Shown here: positions 50,643 through 62,989 of the stretch, piece after piece
How the letters are laid out: each line of letters starts with the position of its first letter
Position numbering within the stretch: position 1 is the stretch's first letter
Source: Camelus ferus
Taxonomy: Eukaryota
Direction: 5' to 3'
DNA: 64,000 nt
Assembly (NCBI RefSeq): GCF_009834535.1
Contig: NC_045696.1
Coordinates: 101,558,001 to 101,622,000 of the forward strand
Notes under the pieces: model-generated
Database searches by the model: none
Told to the model about the DNA's origin: nothing
The model's input: only the letters and a program-made list of their open reading frames with translations
Made by a program: the position numbers and the translations under genes

Positions 50643-51649
50643 TTAAATTTTATTACAAATTCAACTTTTCCACTACTATTTCTTTAAAAGAAATCCCTTA
50701 AAATTCAGTTGTCATTGATCCTTGGTTCCTTTCTTACTGTCAGAAATGTTAAAATTCAATTTAATATGGAAATTTTCTTCCTGCCTTTCAGTGAAGTATC
50801 AAATTTGCAAACTTTCCAGATGTCTCACTGAATTCACCCACAGCCATTTCATGAATGTCTGAGCGCATACTGGTTCCACGGACGCCCTTGGAGAGAAACA
50901 GGAGAGCTCTCCCCACTGAGAGAGGGACGTCCTCTCCCCTGCCCATCCAGGGCACAGTGAGTGTATTCCGCCCGCTGCCCCTTCTATTCTTCTAGAACAT
51001 CACATTTCATTCTATCTTGGCCTCTTTAGAGAAAAATGAAATGAGTAGAGAGACTATTATTTCTCATCAACCTCTTTGGAAAAGCAGACATTTAAAACTG
51101 TCTCACTGATGGAGAGCATTCCTTTACTTCTCCTGTAAGATTTGCTGTCTTTATACAAGTTTTCTGAGCGTGATGTGAAGCCCCGGAGGCTTGTGCTCAG
51201 ATGGAACAGCTGCTTGTGGCGGAATGAGCCTCTTGCGCCTGACAGTTCTACCGTCGCTCCTGGGCAGAGGATTCGTGAGCGCAGCTTTCTGCATATCTGT
51301 GGGGTTAAGCCTTCCTCTGCCCAATAAAGCGTAATTCTGATAAAACCCGTTTATTCTAAAGTTCAACACTGTTTTTCAAATTCACAAGCACCTTCCACAC
51401 TTTTTTCATATATTTTAAAGAAAAAAAAAGTTTCTTGTACAAATGTTTGAGAAACACATATAAGTATAAAAATAAAAGTCACCAAGAGCTCCCAACCCAA
51501 AGTTGACCACTGTGATTCACAACCTTAGGTTAATCCTTCCAGAAATAAAATATAAATTAATACAATGCAAAAATAAAAACTTTTAATTTTATTTTTAAAA
51601 TTGATATCACAGTTTTGAAAAATGCTTTTGATTATTTAATACATCTTTA

Positions 51650-51826
51650 GGGGGGAGGGTATAGCTCAAGTGGTAAAGTGCATGCTTAGCATGCATGCGG
51701 TCCTGGATTCAATCTCCAGTACCTCCTTTAAAAAAATAAACAAATAAAACTAATTACCTCCCCTCACCAAAAAAAAAAAAAAAAAAAAAAGAAAAGAAAA
51801 GTTTTTAAATTAAAAAAAAAAAGAAG
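51650..51826 (+). mobile_element. tRNA-Ala-derived camelid SINE (Vic-1 type)
   Basis: gggggagggtatagctcaagtggtaaagtgcatgcttagcatgcatgcggtcctggattcaatctccagtacctcc plus aactaattacctcccc and a long A tail. Confidence 0.88.
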
Positions 51827-52270
51827 ATACATTAAAAAATATTTTTATGTTTGTCCATGGGTTTTTAGGGTCCATATCATGTTTCACTGTACAAATGTCT
51901 CTTAATTCCTTTAAACGTCCTCTTGCTTTGGGACATTTAGGTTTTCCTAAATCCTTTGCTATTACAGACAGAGCAGAGAGAACACTGCAGTTTGGAAGTT
52001 CCTGTTACATATGCCTTTATGATTTAAAGCATAAAGGATAAAGTTAGGCTTTACAATTTTAAAAATAATTTTTGCCAAATTGGTGATTAATGGCACTTTT
52101 AGTTCTGCTTGCTTGTATTCAGTACTGGGCATGTGAATCTTCGGAGAAAGAGAAGGAGGTTAAAAGGAGGCGGCAGAGGTGGAAGGAGGAAAGAGGACAG
52201 AGAGGAAACATCAGCCCCCCAGTGCTTTTTCTGTTCCACATTCTGCTAAAAGCTTTCAGCCCTTCCACAC

Positions 52271-52663
52271 TGTCTCACTGCTGTAACTGTCTCAGGGTGC
52301 TGTAACAAAACCCCACAGACCGGAAGGCTTAAACAACAGAGACTCTTTTCCCACAGTTCTGAAAGCTGGAAAGTCAGACTGGGGTGCCGGCACGGTTGGT
52401 TTCTGGTGAGAACTGTCTTCCTGGCTTGCAGATGGCCACCTTCTCACTGTTTCCTCACATGGAAAAGGGTGGGGGATGGCTGGGGGAAGGGGGATTTCTG
52501 GTTTCTTTTTATAAAAACACTAATGTCATCATGATCACCCCCATAACCTCATCTAAATCTAAATCTAATTAACTCCCAAAGGCTCCACCTTCAAATACCA
52601 TCACATTGGAGATTAGGTCTTCAAAGTATGAATCTTGGGAAAACACATTAAGTCCATAATACA
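52271..52663 (-). mobile_element. Solo MaLR LTR, MLT1A-like
   Basis: ggcttaaacaacaga, ggcttgcagatggccaccttctcactgt, ctcccaaaggctccaccttcaaataccatcacattgg. Confidence 0.88.
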
Positions 52664-53236
52664 TATCTTCCATGCATTTATATATTCAAATAAACAAATA
52701 TTGGTTTTTACAAAGAAATAGGAATAGGCTGTATATGTTCTTCCAAAATAAGGTTTTTTTTTAACTTAAAAATAGATCATGGACATATTTCCATGTCAGT
52801 CCTTGTAGATCAATCTCACTTTTTAAAAATAGCTCTAATGATATTCCATAGTATGGCATTTCCAAGATTTATTTAACCATTTTTTCTACTGATTGACATT
52901 TAGCTGCTTTCCATTTTTCTCCATTAAAAATAATCTTGCAGTTAGCATAAGTAGCCTAATGAGTATGTGGTAATATTTCTATAGGATAGATGGAGTCTTA
53001 GAAGAAAAATGAGGAGAGGGTGGGTAGGCAAAGGGCACATGCACTTAAGACACTCAGGGACACTGCCAAAGGGTCCGTCAGAGGGTTTTCCACTCTCACA
53101 TTTTTCATTCTCACCCACAAGCCTTTCTATTCCCATCCTTATACTGTCAACCTTACATTTCAAACATTTATCCTATTATCTGACACATATTAAGTGCTCA
53201 AGAAATTGTATTTTTATGATGAAAAATTGATATTGA

Positions 53237-53846
53237 CTGGGCATATATCTGGAAAAGATGAAACCTGTACTTTGAAAAGACACGTGCACCCCAAAGTTCA
53301 TAGCAGCACTATTTACAGTAACAAAGATATGGAGGCAACCTAAATGTCTATCAACAGAAGAATGGATAAAGAAGATGCGCAATGGAACACCACTCAGCCA
53401 TAAAAAAGAATGAAATAATGCCACCTGCAGAAACATGGATGGACCTAGAGATTATCATACTAAGTGAAGAAGTGAGACACAGAAAGACAAATATCATACG
53501 ATATCACTTAAATGTGCAATCTAAAAAAAAAATGATACAAATGAACTCATTTACATAACAGAAACAGATTCACAGACACAGAAAACAAACTTACAGTTAC
53601 CAAAGGGAAAAGAGGGAGAGGGATAAATTAGGAATTTCAGATTAACAGATACAACCTATTATATATAAAATAGATAAACAACAAGGACCTACTGTATAGC
53701 ACAAGGAACTATGTTCAATATCTTACAATAATCTATAATGGAAAAATAATCTGAAAAAGAATATATGTGTATATATATGTGTAACTGAGTCACTTTGCTG
53801 TACACCTGAAACTAGCACAACATTGTAAATCAACTACACTCCAATA
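53237..53846 (+). mobile_element. 5'-truncated LINE-1 with TSD
   Basis: L1 ORF2 end and 3'UTR; 15-bp TSD aaaaattgatattga (53222-53236) / aaaaattgatataga (53847-53861). Confidence 0.95.
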
Positions 53847-56639
53847 AAAAATTGATATAGAGATTCAGTTTATAATGCACCATGCTACTTAATATTTTGC
53901 TATATGATTAACCACAAAGGTCCTACTTAAATGACTTTCTATGCATGTGAGTTCTTATTAGAATATTATGTGACATCACACTAACTATTAAATAACATGC
54001 TGTAACTCTCACAATTCCCAGGGAACACTGGTAGAATGAGAAAGTCAAGGAGAGTTGGAGGTTACCAGTCAGGTCTCCACACTTCAGCACCAGCAACAAA
54101 GCACACAAGAACCTGAGTCCCTTCACATATTCCTCACATCTCCACAGCCAGGAGAGGCAATATACCAAATTAATTCTGAAAGCAAAAACTGAGTGTCACT
54201 GGGTGAATAAAACTGGGAAAAATTATTAGCACCAAGGAACATCTGCTGCCATCACAATGAAATGGTGGCACATAGACCATCTCAAAGTGACAACACGCAC
54301 AACAATGAAACTAATGTACAGACAGAAGACCTGGTAACTACCTCCATGTACCTGTGCCCTCTTTAGCTGCTTGCCAGCATCTTTAGCCCAGATCTGTGAT
54401 TCACTGGAATTGCTGCAAAAATTGCCAAAATAACCTCTGAGAAGCAGATGGTTATGAAGGCTTCTGTCCAGATGCCAGAACCCCATATGCTTGCCAATCT
54501 GTGTTTCCAGCATGCACCATTATACTTAAAATTATATTTTTCCTTTTTCTGCCATGTTCACTCTACCATCATTAACAAGATTCTAATGCTTTTCCAGAAA
54601 ACAAGAAACATCACAGCCTGCTTGCCTTCTCTTTATAAAGAGAAACATAAAAAGCAAGTGTCAGACACCCCCAAACATTCAACCTATGCCACACCTCGAC
54701 TACTTGGGACTCACATTAGTGGTCTTCATGGAGTCTTTTTTGTAATTTTTTTATTTCAACAGAGTCGTCGCCTCCCCTGGGCTCTCCAAGCACCACAGTA
54801 CTGAGAGGGCTGCTCCCTAATTCTTTTCCAAGTCTACTAGCAAAGAAAAAAAAAAACAATAGTTTCTAGAAAGGAACTAGTCACAGAATTTTTATTACCC
54901 AGAATGAGGAGAGAGAATGGTAAGAAGCAAATTCTCTATTTTAGAATAATGGTTGGATTTCTCAAGCCAGCAATGCCGGCTAATATACCCCACATACCAT
55001 GACAGCCAAACTTCTGGCACCATCTCAGAGGTTAAGCTTTTAGATACCAAAACAAAGCACTTTGATCAGTACCCAAGGTTACATATCACAGGGAGAACTG
55101 AAATATTCCCCAAACCCAAGCTGACCCTTCGGAGAACTCAGAGATACCATTGTTCAGAGGTCAGTCTTTCCAACAACCAGCTTTTCTATTGAGTTGTTTA
55201 CTTGCTCCTGGACCAGAACACCCACCCCCTCCAGGGTCTGGCACCATTGGATGTGGAAAATGTCCAAAATTTCACAAGTTGTCTATTTCTGCAACAGTCA
55301 ATTTGGCATATTTACATGGTGTTCCAGTGCAGGGTGTTTGAAGCTACCAGTCATTGTAAACAGCATTCTCTCACATTCTCTAATGCTGTTTTCCCAGGAA
55401 TCTGTGTGCCTTACCTGCAATATTGGAAAGGAAATACCCTTACACATTCAACCTTTCAACAAAGAAGGAACTTAAAGTCCTTTCAGTGAATATTTTGGAG
55501 TTGCAGAACAGTGTGTTGATTTTATTAGTAAAAGTCTGAAACAACACTGGGTTTTTTTGTTTGTTTGATGTAGGGAGGCATGATGTTTTTGAAAAACTTA
55601 GATTACATTGAAATATGTGACTCTGAGTCAGCAATTTAAAAGAAAGTATTATGACACTTTAATTACATTTTAATGATTAAACCTTGGAAGTGATGCTGAT
55701 TTAAGTCAAAATAACTTTTGAAGGTGTTTTTCTTGCCTGCAGCTATCTGGAAACCTGACAGAAGGGAAACAGGAAAAGAGAGAGTAAAAAGAGAATGATG
55801 TTTTAACTAAGAAAAAAAAAAGTGAGTGGTGGGCTTGGGAGATTTTTTGCTGTTTATTTGAATTAGGATTGATAACCATGACGGAAAAATCTAGGCAGGC
55901 AACATCTGGACATGTGTCAGAATGCAGGATACTGTGTTTGCATTTGTTTTACAAAAATAAAAAAAAAATCAACACTAAGGATGAAAAATTAATGACAAAG
56001 ACTGCAACACATAATTTCTGTCTGCATGTATGCCCTACCTCCCACTGCCACAGAATCTGTTTAGGTTCTGCTTGGACTTCTTAAGAGAGGAAGGAAGGAA
56101 GGAAAAGAAAGAAAGAAAAAGGAAGGAAGGAACCGAAACTCAAGAAGATTAGATGGAAACACCAAAATCCTAGAACATTTTTTCTCAGCATTTCTTCTTC
56201 CCAAGGAGAGGAAAATTACATATAAATGATAAAAAAAAAAAGTTTACTTTGAGAAGACAGCAATAATGAGTTAAAGGCAAAGCCTTCTTAAAACACTGCA
56301 ATTAAATATATTGATCATTTACAAAAAATAACAAAGGGCTAAAATACGTTCAAGTATGGATGATCTAAAAGAAATTAAAATGGATAAATATTATGTTTCT
56401 GTTGGAGACTGATGTTTGATTTACAGTACTTTTTTTCATTGATTTTTCTATGGACTTCCTAATAATGTTTGTAATTTTTTTTCCCTAAACTTAAAGCTCC
56501 AATAAAACTAAAAATTTTGCGTTTTGCAAAGCACTTGCCCATGGCCCTGGGCCTTTGTACCTGCTATTTCTTCAGTGGAAGATAGGCATCCTCACAATCC
56601 CTGCTACATAGAAAACTAGCCAACAGTGAAGTTTCTTGC

Positions 56640-57440
56640 TCAGATGGAACGAAAGAGAATCCAGACACTGATCTAGGTGTGAGATAGCTTTTAATATTAT
56701 AAAGGTGACAGTTCAACTCAGTGGGCTAATTATTTGGTTCATAACTAGTATTGGAAGCATTTGTTAATTATTCGGAAAATAAGTAAACTTAGACCCTTGC
56801 CTCATGCCTTATTCAAAACTAGATTCCAGAGGGTTAGCAGTGTGAAAATGGAAATCAAAACTATACAACTATTAGAATATCATTTGGGAAAATAATTTTT
56901 ATAAAAATCATTTACAATGTGGAAATTATGGAAATAAGCAAGTAACTAATAAACACATAAGATGATAACTTCAATAATGATTAAATAAATATAAATAAAA
57001 ACATCTAGTTTGTACTAATGATCATTTATCATAATGTATTATAAATATGTGAGGGAACGAAAAAAAGTCACTCAAATGTTGTGGGTGAAATTTTACATCG
57101 GCATAAGGATTTTAAAAGGCCATTAGACAAAAACTCCAAATTCCAAATGGGCATACTTGTCAACCCCAAAACTTTAGTTCTGAGGAATCTATCTCATAGA
57201 TATACTTCTACTTGTGTACAAAGACACACATACACACACACATTGCAATATCATTTGTTATAGCAATAAAATGAAGACAGCAAAAGTCCATCAGCAGGAG
57301 ATCGGTTAAATCAATTAGAATTCAGACATACAACAAAAAATCAGACCACTATTAAAATGAACAAAGTATATCTGTATTTACTGAGTTGGATAAGTGTTCA
57401 TGATACACTTTTAAGTCAAAAAAGAATGTTTTAGAACCAC
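56640..57440 (+). mobile_element. Old L1 (L1ME-like) ORF2/3' fragments
   Basis: aaacttagacccttgcctcatgcctta...ttccagaggg; tctgaggaatctatc; aaagtccatcagcaggagatcggttaaat. Confidence 0.65.
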
Positions 57441-57553
57441 ATGCACTGAATGTTTTCTGATGAATTACACAGGAAGAAAAAAAATTAGCCCAAGTGCAAA
57501 CTGGAATAAGGTAGAGAAATCTTTTCTTAAGAGTTCTAAGCCATCTTCGAACG

Positions 57554-57697
57554 CAGTGGCTCTTAACATGGGGTCCCTCAGTATCAGCAGCAGTATTTCC
57601 TGGGAACTTACTGGAAACTCTGAGGGTGGGGCCCAGCAGCATGGATTGAATGAGCCTTCCAGGTGATTCAGATGACTACTAAAGTGGAGAACCACTC
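57554..57697 (+). mobile_element. Short MER5A-family MITE
   Basis: cagtggctcttaa...gaaactctgagggtggggcccagca...ccttccaggtgattc...gagaaccact; 8-bp TSD ttcgaacg / ttctaacg. Confidence 0.85.
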
Positions 57698-57965
57698 TTC
57701 TAACGGCTATGGTTTTGCAGGCTTTGATGAACTCAACTTGGGGTAAGTTGACTGTAACAACTCAAGGTCTTCTTTCATTGGACTTTTACATTTGGCAAAT
57801 GGGACTTACTCAGTATCTAAAAGGGAATCACTTGGATGCACATATTTATTTTTAAATGGGTAAGTATTTGATATGAAACATGGTGATAGCAGAACATGTA
57901 ATCTAACATTTTTGTCTGATTTATAAATACTTAAATTTGAAATCTTATAAAAGTCTGACAATTGA

Positions 57966-58118
57966 CTCAATATCTTGTAATAAGCTATAATGGAAAAGAA
58001 TCTAAAAAAGATATATATACATATAAATAACTGAATCACTTTGCTGCACACCTGAAACATTGTAAATCAATTATACTTCAATAAAAATGCTTATTTTTAA
58101 AAAAAATTAAAAAAAATT
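57966..58118 (+). mobile_element. Very short 5'-truncated LINE-1 tail with TSD
   Basis: ctcaatatcttgtaataa...ataactgaatcactttgctg...tacttcaataaaa; 15-bp TSD aagtctgacaattga / aagtatgacaattga. Confidence 0.92.
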
Positions 58119-61100
58119 AAGTATGACAATTGAATTCATCGATGTATAGTTAACAAATCATCTCTTTTAAAAAATATATAGTCATTGGACCTCTCTCAGT
58201 TCCAATAGCCATATCTAAATGAAAACTGGACAGTATCTGTTCTCAAAAAGACAGTGATTTAATACATCTCTTCCTTGACTTCAACCCTACTTCTACCACT
58301 GTTTCTGTCATGGTAATTAGATGATTATCTTCCTTGATGTCCTCAAATTATTAACAGCCTTTTATGGAGCAAGCATTTAATTTATGATACAGATGAAAAG
58401 CCAGCACCTGTTTATTGCAGGTATGTTGAAGAATAATAGTTTTCTTCCTCCTGTCATATTGTACATTTTCAGTCTCCAGATTTTCTAAACCTTCAAGGAA
58501 TTTTATATAAAACCATAGTATAAAGTCAGTGCTCTCATTCCTTCCTCAAATAATTCAAACAAGGTTAATCAGTAAGATGAAATGCATAATAATGTGCATG
58601 TAAATTATGAGTATTTGCTATTAGGTCTAACTGAGTTTGAAACCACAAATAACCTTCCCCCAGCAAAAAACAAGTCTTCCTCAGGCAACACAGTAGCCTT
58701 GATTATGGAAGAAACATTTCTTATTCTATTGGCCCCAAATACTTTAATAAAAACACTAATTATATTGTAACCTAACTGAAATGGGTCAGAAGTTCACATG
58801 ATTGTATACAGAAGCGAGTAAAAGTAACAAACTGACAAAAAATTCTGTAATTACTAGATTGTCTAAAACACCATTCATTAATTTAATTATTGTATCTGAT
58901 TTGTCTTAAATCCCCACATTAATACGTCTAAGATGAAGGCCAAGTAGTAGACCATTCTCATTGCTCTCTCTGTTTTAACTTGCTGTTTATTATGTCTCTT
59001 TAATTTAGTCTTTTAACACTACATATATAAAAGAAGCCATAAGTGTTACAAGCTCTGGGTTAAATTGTTCCTTTAATTCCTGTACATATATTATATGCCT
59101 TTAAAGATTCAATTAATCACAATTTTTATATTCAAAATTAAGTAATTTATCCATCATAATTAAAATTTTCTTTCAGCTAATCTCTCAATTTAAAATGTCA
59201 AACTAAAAGTAATATTCATCTTTAGGAAAAGATAACACATATTAAAATGTTCTGCATGACTGGGGATTACACAGAGACTTGAATTCCTCAAGCCCAAAAG
59301 GAATAAAAATGATATGCCATCAGATGAATATACATCTTATTTTTCTTGGCAGAGGACGGGGAGGCAGTGAATAATTTAAAAATATTGTTTAATGTCTTTC
59401 TTATCAGCCTCAGTATGCCTCTGCCTCTTTCTTATTCAGCAATGCAGGTGCTGGGAATTAGAAGCAGTAAAAAGGAAAAAGCTGCCTTTGCAGCTTGTTT
59501 CTCCTCTTGGCTCCTCCTGGCCCCTGAGCCTGACATAAGTTGCAGTTGTCACCAGCAGCTCAGGTAGCAGACAGAAACCCCAGCCTGTTTTGAGACCTTG
59601 CCAAGAGCAGCAATTGTTCGGCACCAGCGGATGCAGGCGTGCGCCCGGCATTTCCATCGGAGCATTCTGAGTCCAAAGACAAACCTCTATTAATGGTGCA
59701 TACTAATGATCTTTACATTTTAATTAGAAATGCTTGAGTTAAGATCACTGGCTGAAACCTTAATGAGCAAAGGAAGGCTTACCTCCTGTTCCTCTGCTTT
59801 TCGACTACAAGGAAACGCAATAAGCTCACCTGAATCAGGTCAGAGCCAGTATCAAGAAAACTCATTTGAAATCCGTGATTAGTCCAAGCTGGAAATATCA
59901 GATATTTCCACTTCAAAGCCAAGAAAACATGAAGTTAGCAAAAGGGATCATCCACAGAGGTCTCTCTGCTCTTTTTCTTTTTCCATTCACTCACACATGC
60001 TTACATTTTTATTTGACTTTGCCATAGCCAATCCCTTCAATATGCAGAAACCAAAAGCCATATGCCTGTATCAGTGTCTTAAGGCTCCATCCAATTTGAA
60101 TATTTTCCTATGCAACTTGAAGGTTTTGTTTATTTTCTTTGCCTATAAGCACCATTATATTATTATACTAAATGAACTAAGATTTACTTCTTGATTACTG
60201 TAACACCCAAAAAAAAAAAAGTAGATTTAATACTTTTGGAAAATATTTTGGAACATTTTCTTTAAACTGAAGACTAATGTGCTCCTTTTGAAAACAGAGA
60301 CAAGATATGAATAATTTTAAGAGATGAGTTTATTGGGGAAAAAAAGTTCTACGAGGTTCTGCTTTCCTACCCACAATGACTCCTAATGCACCATTATCAC
60401 CATGGAAGCTTTCAAACATTGCCACTTAATAAATTAAGTCCTCAAATATGGAGAAGAAAGTACCAAGTCTAGGCCCAGTTCCAGGGAATGGCTTTGAGCC
60501 TCTCCTCCAACGAAAACAGGGGAGAGGTGAGCAGTTTCTCTTAGCTATTCCACTTCCTACATATAATTTCAACCCAGATGTTGTCTCAATGTTCCTTCCT
60601 CAAATATGTGGAGCTGAAGTGAAGTTTCCAGACATCTGGTCCATGGTTCAATCAAGTGGTCTTCAGATAACATGGAAGCTTTCAAAGAAAAAGTAAGGAA
60701 ATGATCATGCTAACAAGCATTTCAGAAACTTATGATGGGAAATGTGAAAAGATTTGATTTTCATAGGAATCTTGTCACATGTATCATCACCTTTTGAAAA
60801 GCTGTTGTAGGTCCTGTGAGAGTGTGGATCAATTCTTGTCTAGTCTTCAGTTAACAGAGTGTATTTTTGTCTCTGCTGATGAATTTTTTCACTTGTGATA
60901 TGTTTTTCATAATTGTGACTTTAATATCTTCTATTGTAAGTATCATGCTGAGTTAATGCCCCTGTTTGAAAACTTGAATCAATGGCTCAAAATGGGTTCA
61001 ATGATGCATGAAAGTAATAATGATGATAATAATAATTTCTACAACTCTGAAGGTCCTATAAATAAAAAGTGAATGGAACTCCACTGCAAATATAGATTAT

Positions 61101-61489
61101 GAGTTTGTATATATTTGAATATGTGAATCTGCTGGCTTTCCATAAGCAGATAAAAAAGAGAGTGAATATCTGGAAATGGTTGTTTTGGAGGAACAGCAAA
61201 ACTATTAGAATCCAGCCCAATTCTGTTTTCTATTTTGAAACTTTTTCCAAATAATGGCATAACACACAAAGCTTCATTTCTAAAGATAACAAAGTAACTT
61301 CTTATGGAAACAACTTGAGTTAACATAGTACAAACATTTACGGATGCTTTCATTATACAATTAATTTTGTTACCGGGCCAAAGAAGGACTAAAACCAGAG
61401 CGGTATGATTGACACTGGCCCTTCTCATAAGCCTAGAGCTTTCATTCTAATAGCACATTTAAGTCTCCCTGGCTTAAATATTTCTCCTT

Positions 61490-62515
61490 TAAATTTGAAG
61501 TTTTGTATTTAATATCATTGTGTCATCTACAGATAATGACAGTTGTCTCTTCCTTTCCAATGGTTCCTCTTTCTGTTTTCTTATCAAATTTATTGTTTGG
61601 TTTTAGTCCTCTATAGTGTCGAAGAGTTGTGGGAATAGCATCTCATTAGTGTCTCATTCCTGACTTTGAGAAGACTTCAAAAGTTACAGCATTTTCTGGA
61701 ACACTGGCTGTGGATTGCTGATGGCTATCTGTTAGCACATTAAGGAGCTTCCCTTCTGTTTCTAGTGAAGAGTTTTTTAATATTAACTGGTAGTAGATTT
61801 TACTAATTGTTTTAGAAGGGCATCAATTAAGATGATTATATTGTATTTTCCCCCCTTCTAATCTGTTTCTACAGAGAACTGCATTAGATCTCCTGATGAA
61901 ATCCCTGCTTAGTCATACTTTCAATCCTCTGCTGCAGTTTCCTTGCTGATAACTTACTTTGAATTTTTGCATCAATGTTTATAATCCGAATACTACTAGA
62001 AGTTTGCCCTTTTTGTATTAAAATCATACAGTTTAGGTATCACTCTAAAATTAGCCTTGGAAAATTAATTAGATAGCTTTCCACCTTTTTTAATCATCCA
62101 GAAGAATTTCTAAAACATGAGCATTAGCTATTCCTTTAAATTTCTATGAAACTTAGAGTAAACCATCTGGCACTAGTTCTTTGAGGAAGATTTTTGACTG
62201 CATTTCCCATTTCTTCTGTGCTATTGATGGTTTTGAAGTTTTCTACTTCTTTCTGAGTCATTGCTATTAATTTACATCTTCTTAGAAAAAAATAATTTTT
62301 TTTCTCCTAGAATTGCAAATTTATTGGTCCAAATCTGTACATACATAGCATTTTCTTCAAATTTGTTCAATTCCACAGCTCTAGTTAATAGCCCTATTTC
62401 TTCTTTTCTATTACTAAATTATTGCCTATGTCATTTTCCCCCCGGTCAGACTTAGCAAATGTTTATCAGTTTTGCCATATATTGCCTTTATTGATTAATA
62501 AGACTTTTATTCTCC
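61490..62515 (-). mobile_element. Old L1 (L1ME-like) ORF2 fragment
   Basis: tgtcatctacagataatgacagtt, attcctgacttt, gcatcaattaagatgattat, aaaccatctggcact. Confidence 0.7.
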
Positions 62516-62539
62516 CCCCCATATATATATATTTCAGCC

Positions 62540-62906
62540 TTTTTTTTTTTTTTTTTTTTTTTAGTCCTGATTCATGATTTAATTGGTGTGCTGGTCCGGG
62601 TCCCTTATTTCTGCTGCTCTCGGGCGCACTGCTCTGGGGTCAGGGTTTTCTGCTTGAAGGCGTGGATGTGCCGGAGCTCTTTCGCTAGCCACAGTGTTCA
62701 CAAGCAGGTGTCTCTGAAGCAGCAGCTTCCCCTCGAACTTGGCGACGAGGCCACAAGGACTGGAAAGCTGGACGCACAGCGTCTGGGAGTCGTGCCCTCC
62801 ACTTCCACGTGCTCTGCCTCCAGGTCAGGCTGCAGCTTCTCCTGGAGGTATTCGGCGCTGAGTTCCATTGCCACAGCCCAGCATGGGTGGCAGCCCAGCG
62901 CAGACG
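62540..62906 (-). pseudogene. BOLA2: Processed pseudogene of BolA-like protein 2
   Basis: From ATG at 62868 to TAA at 62605-62607 it reads MELSAEYLQEKLQPDLEAEHVEVEGTTPRRCASSFPVLV(fs)AKFEGKLLLQRHLLVNT(fs)LAKELRHIHAFKQKTLTPEQCAREQQK*, matching mammalian BOLA2. Intronless; ATTAAA (62578-62583) 15 nt before a 23-nt poly(A); 15-bp TSD tatatttcagccttt / tatatttcagctttt. Confidence 0.96.
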
Positions 62907-62989
62907 TATATTTCAGCTTTTATTGCATTAATTCCTTCTTCATATTTCATTAGTCATTCACTTATTCATCTAGTGTGTAAGAATTGGGG

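Larger units (their letters stand above)
51430..53200 (-). mobile_element. Old L1 (L1ME-like) 3' fragments hosting later SINE and LTR insertions
   Basis: ggacatttaggttttcc...tttgctattaca; catggacatatttccatgtcagt; atattccatagtatgg...atttatttaacc. Confidence 0.6.

Noticed and set aside
62588..62953. 121-aa plus-strand ORF
   Set aside because: Antisense shadow of the GC-rich BOLA2 retrocopy; non-ATG start, no recognisable product
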